Shown one piece after another: positions 56,261 to 64,000 of a stretch of DNA of 64,000 bases; within the stretch, counting starts at the first letter, position 1; every line of letters begins with the position of its first letter. The position numbers and the translations under genes are program-made. Source of the DNA: Trueperaceae bacterium. Lineage in GTDB: Bacteria; Deinococcota; Deinococci; Deinococcales; Trueperaceae. The stretch is taken from NCBI GenBank assembly GCA_035703635.1, contig DASSXV010000074.1, positions 1-64,000 of the forward strand. The letters are read 5' to 3'. A model generated the notes under the pieces. The model worked only from the letters and a program-made list of their open reading frames with translations. It was not told where the DNA came from and made no database searches.

Positions 56261-59203
56261 GTGGCAGTCTCAAGCACGCAGCGCACGGGCCTAAGGCCCC
56301 ACCTAGCCAACCCAGCAAGCGCGGACGTGGCGGCCGAACTCGAGCGGCGCCTGCGCGCGACCGTGAAGGGCGAGGTGCGTTTCGACGCCCGCGCCAGGGC
56401 GCTTTACGCCACCGACGCCAGCCCTTACCGCATGGGCCCGGTCGGTGTGGTCGTGCCGCGCGACGAGGCAGACGTGAAAGCCGCCGTCAAGGCCGCGCAC
56501 GACCTCAAGGTGCCCGTCTTGGCGCGAGGCGGGGGAACGAGCCTGGCTGGCCAGACGGTGGCCGCCGCCCTCGTGATCGACATGTCGAAGCACCTCACTG
56601 AGCTGATCGAACTCAACGCCGCCGAACGCTGGGTGCGGGTGCGGCCCGGGCTCGTCCGCGACCAGTTGAACGCCAAGCTCGCCGCGCACGGGCTGCAGTT
56701 CACGCCTGACGTGGCCACGACTGACCGCGCGAACGTAGGCGGCATGGTGGCAAACAACTCGGCTGGCACGCGCTCGATCAAGTACGGCAAGAGCGTCGAC
56801 CAAGTGATCGCGCTGCGCGTGCTTCTTATGGACGGCACGGAGCTCGAACTCTCACCCAAGAGTGGCGCTGACCTGCAGGCGAAGCTGGAGGCCACGGGCC
56901 GCGAAGGCGACATCTACCGCGCCGTGATGCGGATGGTCACCGATCACGCAGGCGAGATCAAAGCGCGTTACCCCAAGGTCATGCGCCGCGTGGGCGGTTA
57001 CAACCTCGATGAGCTGACCGACGCTGGCGGTGAGGGGCAGCGCCCCTTCAACCTCGCTAAAGTCGTTAGCGGGAGCGAGGGCACGCTGGCCGTCATCTTG
57101 GAGCTCAAGCTGGCCCTGCACCCCGTGCCGCAGCGGCGCCTCATCAGCATGGTGCACTTTACGTCCCTAACGAAGGCGTTCGAGGCGGTCAAGTTCATCA
57201 ACCGCCATGGGCCGTCCGCGGTGGAGATCATTGACCGCGACCTGATCGTGCTGGGCCGCAGCAACCCCAGCATGGCGCCCATGATGAGCTGGGTGCTAGG
57301 CGACCCGGAGGCCGTGCTGCTGGTCGAGTTCGACGGCGCGGACCTCGCGGAGTGCCGCGCCGCGCTGGCGCACATGGAAGCAGACGAGGATGTCGCTGGC
57401 TTGGCGTACGACGCCTACGTGGCGGAGGACCCGAAGCAGCAGAAGGAGATCGCCGACTTCCGCCGCGACGGCCTCGGCATCTACGCCACCATGCCTGGCG
57501 CGGCCAAGCCCACCCCGTTCATCGAAGACGCCGCCATACCCGTAGAGCACCTGGCGCAGTACATCCCCGAAGTGATCGCAGTGTGCGAACGCCACGGCAC
57601 GCGCGCCGTGTTCTACGCCCACGCCTCCGTGGGGGTCATCCACGTGCGCCCGCTCATCGACCTCAAAGAACAGGCCGGGCTGGCGCAGTTCCAGGCGATC
57701 AGCGAGGAAGTCTTCGAGCTCGTCGTCAAGTACGGCGGTTCGTGGAGCGGCGAGCACGGTGACGGCCTCATCCGCTCGTACCAGAACCGCCGGTTGTTCG
57801 GCGACGTCTTGTACCAAGACTTCGTCGAGCTCAAGCGCGCCTTCGACCCCGACTGGCTGCTCAACCCAGGCAAGATCGTGGAAGCGCCCGCCATGACGGA
57901 GAACCTCCGTTACGGCACCGACTACCCCAGCGTCGAACTCCCCACGGTGTTCGACTTCTCTGAGCAGGGCGGCTTCCTCGGCGCCGTGGAGGCGTGCACC
58001 GGCGTCGGCGCCTGCCGCAAGGTGGGGGCTGGCACAATGTGCCCGTCTTACATGGGCACGCGCGACGAGGACCACTCCACCCGCGGTCGTGCCAACGTGC
58101 TGCGCGAGGCGCTAACGGGCGGGCTGCCAGGCGGCGTGACGAGCAAGGACGTCTACGAGGTCCTCGACCTCTGCCTCGAGTGCAAGGCCTGCAAGTCGGA
58201 GTGCCCGAGCCGGGTAGACATGGCGAAGCTGAAATACGAGTGGTTGCAGCATTATTACGACGAGCACGGCACGCCACTCTCCGCCCGCGCCATGGGCAAC
58301 GTCGGGCGCGTCGCGCCGCTCGCGCAGGCGCTGGCGCCGGTCTCCAACTTCTTCCTCCCGCTCCGGCCCGTGCGTTGGCTCCTGAGCAAGGCCGTGGGCG
58401 TAGACGAGCGCCGCATGCTGCCGCGCTACGCCGCGCAACGCTTCGACACCTGGTTCCGCCGCCGCCCGCGGCCCGCGCCGGGCGCGCTCGGCCCCGTGGC
58501 GCTCTTCGCTGACACGTGGACGATGTTCAACCAGCCGGAGACGGGCCGCGCCGCCGTTGCGGTGCTCGAGCGCATCGGCTACCAGGTCGAGCTCGTGCCT
58601 TACGGCTGCTGCGGCCGCCCGCAGGTCAGCAAGGGCCTAGTGCGTGAGGCGCAGCGCATGGCGCGCGAGAACGTCAAGACGCTTCACGAGTACGTGGCGC
58701 GCGGCGTGCCCGTCGTCGGGCTCGAGCCTAGTTGCGTAGCCGCCTTCACCGACGACTACCCCGACCTGGCGCCTAGCCCCGAGACGACCGCCGTGGCCAA
58801 GAACGTGCGCATGCTAGAGGAGTTCCTCGCCAAAGAGTGGACGCGCGGACGCTTCAAACCCGAGAACGTGTTCCACAAGGGCGCAGGCGCCGTGCAGTTC
58901 CACGGGCACTGCCAGCAGAAGTCCGTCCTACCCGTCAGCGCCAGCGCCAGCCGCACCGTCCTCGAGTGGGTGAGCAGCGAAGTCAAGGTGCTCGACGCCG
59001 GCTGCTGCGGCATGGCCGGCTCCTTCGGCTACGCCCACCACGACCTCAGCCTCACCATCGGCGAGCAACGCCTCTTCCCCGCCGTCCGCGAACACCAAGG
59101 CACCACCGCCGCCCCCGGTTTCAGCTGCCGCCACCAGATCGTCGACGGCACCGGCAAGAAGGCAGCGCACCCCGTCGAGGTGCTGGCGGCGAACCTGATG
59201 TGA
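56261..59203 (+). CDS. FAD-linked oxidase fused to 4Fe-4S/CCG domains (GlcD-GlpC type; D-lactate/glycolate dehydrogenase-like)
   Basis: RGGGTSLAGQ, SGEHGDG, CLECKACKSECP, CCG and CCGMAG motifs. Confidence 0.9.
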   Translation: MAVSSTQRTGLRPHLANPASADVAAELERRLRATVKGEVRFDARARALYATDASPYRMGPVGVVVPRDEADVKAAVKAAHDLKVPVLARGGGTSLAGQTVAAALVIDMSKHLTELIELNAAERWVRVRPGLVRDQLNAKLAAHGLQFTPDVATTDRANVGGMVANNSAGTRSIKYGKSVDQVIALRVLLMDGTELELSPKSGADLQAKLEATGREGDIYRAVMRMVTDHAGEIKARYPKVMRRVGGYNLDELTDAGGEGQRPFNLAKVVSGSEGTLAVILELKLALHPVPQRRLISMVHFTSLTKAFEAVKFINRHGPSAVEIIDRDLIVLGRSNPSMAPMMSWVLGDPEAVLLVEFDGADLAECRAALAHMEADEDVAGLAYDAYVAEDPKQQKEIADFRRDGLGIYATMPGAAKPTPFIEDAAIPVEHLAQYIPEVIAVCERHGTRAVFYAHASVGVIHVRPLIDLKEQAGLAQFQAISEEVFELVVKYGGSWSGEHGDGLIRSYQNRRLFGDVLYQDFVELKRAFDPDWLLNPGKIVEAPAMTENLRYGTDYPSVELPTVFDFSEQGGFLGAVEACTGVGACRKVGAGTMCPSYMGTRDEDHSTRGRANVLREALTGGLPGGVTSKDVYEVLDLCLECKACKSECPSRVDMAKLKYEWLQHYYDEHGTPLSARAMGNVGRVAPLAQALAPVSNFFLPLRPVRWLLSKAVGVDERRMLPRYAAQRFDTWFRRRPRPAPGALGPVALFADTWTMFNQPETGRAAVAVLERIGYQVELVPYGCCGRPQVSKGLVREAQRMARENVKTLHEYVARGVPVVGLEPSCVAAFTDDYPDLAPSPETTAVAKNVRMLEEFLAKEWTRGRFKPENVFHKGAGAVQFHGHCQQKSVLPVSASASRTVLEWVSSEVKVLDAGCCGMAGSFGYAHHDLSLTIGEQRLFPAVREHQGTTAAPGFSCRHQIVDGTGKKAAHPVEVLAANLM

Positions 59204-59257
59204 GTGGCGGACGCCTGCCAGGCCGCAGTACCTGAGCGCGAAGGATATCGTCGTGCC

Positions 59258-59839
59258 ATGAACGCCCCACTGCCGACCCCACCCCACATCCCCGAACTCA
59301 TCGTCACCGACCGCCTCGAGCTACGGGCTCCGCGCCTTGAGCACGTCCCAGCGCTCACGGCCGCCGTGCGCGCCTCGCTGCCTGAACTGAAACCGTGGAT
59401 GCCGTGGGCCACCGACGACTACGGCGAAGCCGTGTGTGAGCAGGGCGTACGCCAGGCCATCGCCGCGTTCGCGCTGCGCGAAGACCTCCGCTACCACCTG
59501 TTCGACAGGGCCACCGGCGAACTCATCGGCTCCACCGGTTACCACCGGATCAAGTGGGACGTGCCGCGCATGGAGATAGGGTACTGGCTGCTGAGCAGCA
59601 AGACGGGCAACGGCTACGTCACCGAGGCGACCAGGGAGTTGGCGCGCCGTGCCTTCGCGGAGTTGGGCGCGCAGCGCGTCGAGCTCCGCTGTGACGACCG
59701 CAACCTCGCCAGCGCCGCCGTGGCGCAACGTTGCGGTTTCGAGTTGGACGGCGTGTTGCAGCACTACGTGCGCGGCACCGACGGCAGCCTGCGCGCTGAG
59801 CGCATCTACAGCCTCACTACCGTCTCGGGGCTGCGGTAG
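59258..59839 (+). CDS. GNAT acetyltransferase, RimJ/RimL family
   Basis: TDRLELR, EIGYWL, GNGYVTEA and NLASAAVAQRCGF motifs. Confidence 0.9.
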   Translation: MNAPLPTPPHIPELIVTDRLELRAPRLEHVPALTAAVRASLPELKPWMPWATDDYGEAVCEQGVRQAIAAFALREDLRYHLFDRATGELIGSTGYHRIKWDVPRMEIGYWLLSSKTGNGYVTEATRELARRAFAELGAQRVELRCDDRNLASAAVAQRCGFELDGVLQHYVRGTDGSLRAERIYSLTTVSGLR

Positions 59840-59862
59840 GCGCCCTCAACTCGATCCCGCGT

Positions 59863-61719
59863 TCACATCTCAGGCGGCGCCGCGATCCCGAGCAGGTCTA
59901 GCACCGCGACCAGCGTAGTGCGCACGCGGTCGACCAGCACGAGGCGCGCCTCGCGCAACCCATGGCCTGAGCGCATGACTTGCGTGTCTGGCTTGCCGTT
60001 CTCGTCCTTGTGGTTGTAGTACGAGTTCCAGGCCGTGGCCAGGTCAAGCGCGTACTGCGCCACCTGGTGCGGCGCGAGCGCTGCGGCGGCGCCCTCCACC
60101 ACCTCCGGGTAGCGTCTGAGCACGCGCGCGAGCCGCACTTCGAGCGGCCCGAGGAGCGCGAAATCGGCGCCCGCCCGGGCCGCTTTCATGTCAACGCCTT
60201 CCGCGGCGGCCGCGCGCAAGATGCTGCAAGCGCGGGCGTGCGCGTACTGCACGTAAGGCGCCGAGTCGCCTTGCAGCGAGAGCGCCTGCTCCCAGCGGAA
60301 GTCGATTACCTTCTTCGCCTCGCTCTTGAGCATGCCGAAGCGCAACGCCCCGATACCCACCTGCCGTGCCACCTGGTCGATGTGCGCTAGGCCTGGGTTC
60401 TTCTCCTGCACCACGGCGCGAGCGCGGCGGGCGGCCTCCTCGGCCACCTCGTCGATGGAGAGCGTGATGCCCTTGCGACCGCTCATGGCCTGGCCCTCTA
60501 GCGTGACCACCTCGTAGGCGAGGTGGTGAGAGTTGTCGAAGGCGGCGCGGCCCGCGGCGGTGCCGGACAGCGCCAACGCGGTGCGCACGATGGTCTGCGG
60601 GTGCGACTGGCGCGCGTCGATGACGTTGATGATCTCGCCAGCGTGAGCGAACGAGCGGCCATCCGGGTGGAGCTCGCCGCGCGGGCTGGAAGTGTAGAGC
60701 GGCTTGCCGGTCGGCTGCACCGCGAAGCGCTCGAAGGTCAAGCCCTCGAAGATGCCCGCCTTCCAGAACTGGTAGCCGATGTCCTTGGCCACGTACATGG
60801 CGTTGCCGTCCGAGCGCACGAGCACGACTTGCGGCTCCTCGAGGCCAGGGATGAAAGCGCTGACGTCCATGACGAGCGCACCGGCGAACTTGCCGTCGGT
60901 CGGGCGCGAGACGCTCGGGCTGGCCTCCATGACGGCGAGCCCGCGCTCGAGCAGGCCACCCTGCACGATGTCGGACTCCCACACGAGCAGGTCGTAATCG
61001 ACGCCAAGCGAGTGGTAGGTCTCGAGCTGGGCGGCTAGCACGCGCTCGACTTCGAGGCGTAGCTCGCCGCGCTCTAGCCGGTGCATGACCTCGGTAACGC
61101 CGCGCTCGATGGCCTCACCGTCGGTTTCTTTCGCGGCGGACAGGCGCACGTAGAGCTCGCCTAGCCAGTGGTCGTACTTGCGGCCGCCGTCAGCTAGGTA
61201 GCGGGCGTTGAAGTAGGTGACGGCGAAGATGCTCTCGGCTGCCTGGCGGCCGGTGTCGTCGATGTAGTTCTGCACCTCGACGTCGTGACCGACGGCTTTG
61301 AGGATGCGCGCCGTTGCATCGCCTAACACGATGTTGCGGAGGTGCCCTACGTGCGCTTCCTTGTTCGGGTTGACGCTCGTGTGCTCGACAACGACCTTGA
61401 GACGCTCGGCGGTTGGCGCGCGCAGGTCGGTGGTAACTGCGCGTACGAAGGCGCCAGGGTCCATTCGGAAATTGATGTAGGGACCTACGGCCGAGGCGCT
61501 AGCAACGCCTGGCGGCAGCTTGGTTGCCGCCACGATCTCTGCGGCGATGGCGGCAGGGTTACGCCCGAGGGTCTTCGCCAGGCTGAATGCTACCGGTGTG
61601 CCGTAATCGCCTGGCTTACCGTCCGGCACCTCTTGGATGGGAGCACTTGCCCCCGGGGCGCCGAGGGTGGCTGCGGCCTCTTCTACGGCGTGCTGCAGGG
61701 CAGAGATGACGTCCTTCAT
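59863..61719 (-). CDS. argS: Arginine--tRNA ligase
   Basis: EHTSVNPNKEAHVGHLRN, MSGRKG and PYVQYAHARACSIL motifs. Confidence 0.95.
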   Translation of the reverse strand: MKDVISALQHAVEEAAATLGAPGASAPIQEVPDGKPGDYGTPVAFSLAKTLGRNPAAIAAEIVAATKLPPGVASASAVGPYINFRMDPGAFVRAVTTDLRAPTAERLKVVVEHTSVNPNKEAHVGHLRNIVLGDATARILKAVGHDVEVQNYIDDTGRQAAESIFAVTYFNARYLADGGRKYDHWLGELYVRLSAAKETDGEAIERGVTEVMHRLERGELRLEVERVLAAQLETYHSLGVDYDLLVWESDIVQGGLLERGLAVMEASPSVSRPTDGKFAGALVMDVSAFIPGLEEPQVVLVRSDGNAMYVAKDIGYQFWKAGIFEGLTFERFAVQPTGKPLYTSSPRGELHPDGRSFAHAGEIINVIDARQSHPQTIVRTALALSGTAAGRAAFDNSHHLAYEVVTLEGQAMSGRKGITLSIDEVAEEAARRARAVVQEKNPGLAHIDQVARQVGIGALRFGMLKSEAKKVIDFRWEQALSLQGDSAPYVQYAHARACSILRAAAAEGVDMKAARAGADFALLGPLEVRLARVLRRYPEVVEGAAAALAPHQVAQYALDLATAWNSYYNHKDENGKPDTQVMRSGHGLREARLVLVDRVRTTLVAVLDLLGIAAPPEM

Positions 61720-61856
61720 GACCGCGCCACGCTACCACAGTAGCCCCGGCTCGCCCGCCCAGCGTGTAGAATCGTGTCTCGTAGCTCGGCCATTCAGCCT
61801 CGCCGCTTCGGCGCCTGGTGTCTCACGATCAACCTGAGCGGGAGATTACCAGTAAA

Positions 61857-61877
61857 CTTGAGCTACTTTGACTCAAC
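61857..61877. promoter_or_regulatory. HAIR-like (HspR) operator upstream of lon
   Basis: CTTGAGC-N7-ACTCAAC versus consensus CTTGAGT-N7-ACTCAAG. Confidence 0.75.
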
Positions 61878-61969
61878 TCCCTTACGCCACACTCGCCCCC
61901 ACTAACGGGCGCGCCCCAAGAGCCGCATTCCAGTTCACCGCTTGCCGCGGTCAAGAATAGGAGACCAGC

Positions 61970-64000
<2,031 letters not shown>

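Overview
This is a high-GC chromosomal window, most likely from Deinococcota (Trueperaceae-like). That is inferred from gene content, TANNNT-driven leaderless starts and a HAIR operator before lon. Most of it is housekeeping: hrcA 3' end, tsaE/tsaB, mreB, an S55 peptidase, a lipid A operon (lpxD-lpxC-gnnA-like-fabZ-lpxA-lpxB-msbA), a serA operon, recG, ABC transporters, alr, two deoxynucleoside kinases, murE, pdp, rpsA, htpX/lemA, mnmA, recJ, argS and the 5' part of lon. The standout is a lower-GC regulatory island at about 37.8-41.9 kb. It holds (i) an unannotated 33-aa secreted propeptide gene (MKNTGKRIFAAVVFAIIVSMPIIGSA|GVLFSQR) with its own RBS and terminator, divergent from (ii) a TPR + C-terminal winged-helix regulator. 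It also holds (iii) an orphan atypical LuxR/NarL-type regulator and (iv) three copies of a CUCCCA-loop small RNA, two of which are complementary to the propeptide RBS and sit behind 11-bp direct-repeat promoter boxes. Together these suggest a candidate peptide quorum-sensing circuit with sRNA feedback in a diderm phylum; this is inference and untested. Several other microproteins missed by the ORF track are also reported. No tRNA, rRNA, CRISPR array, transposase or integrase was recognised.
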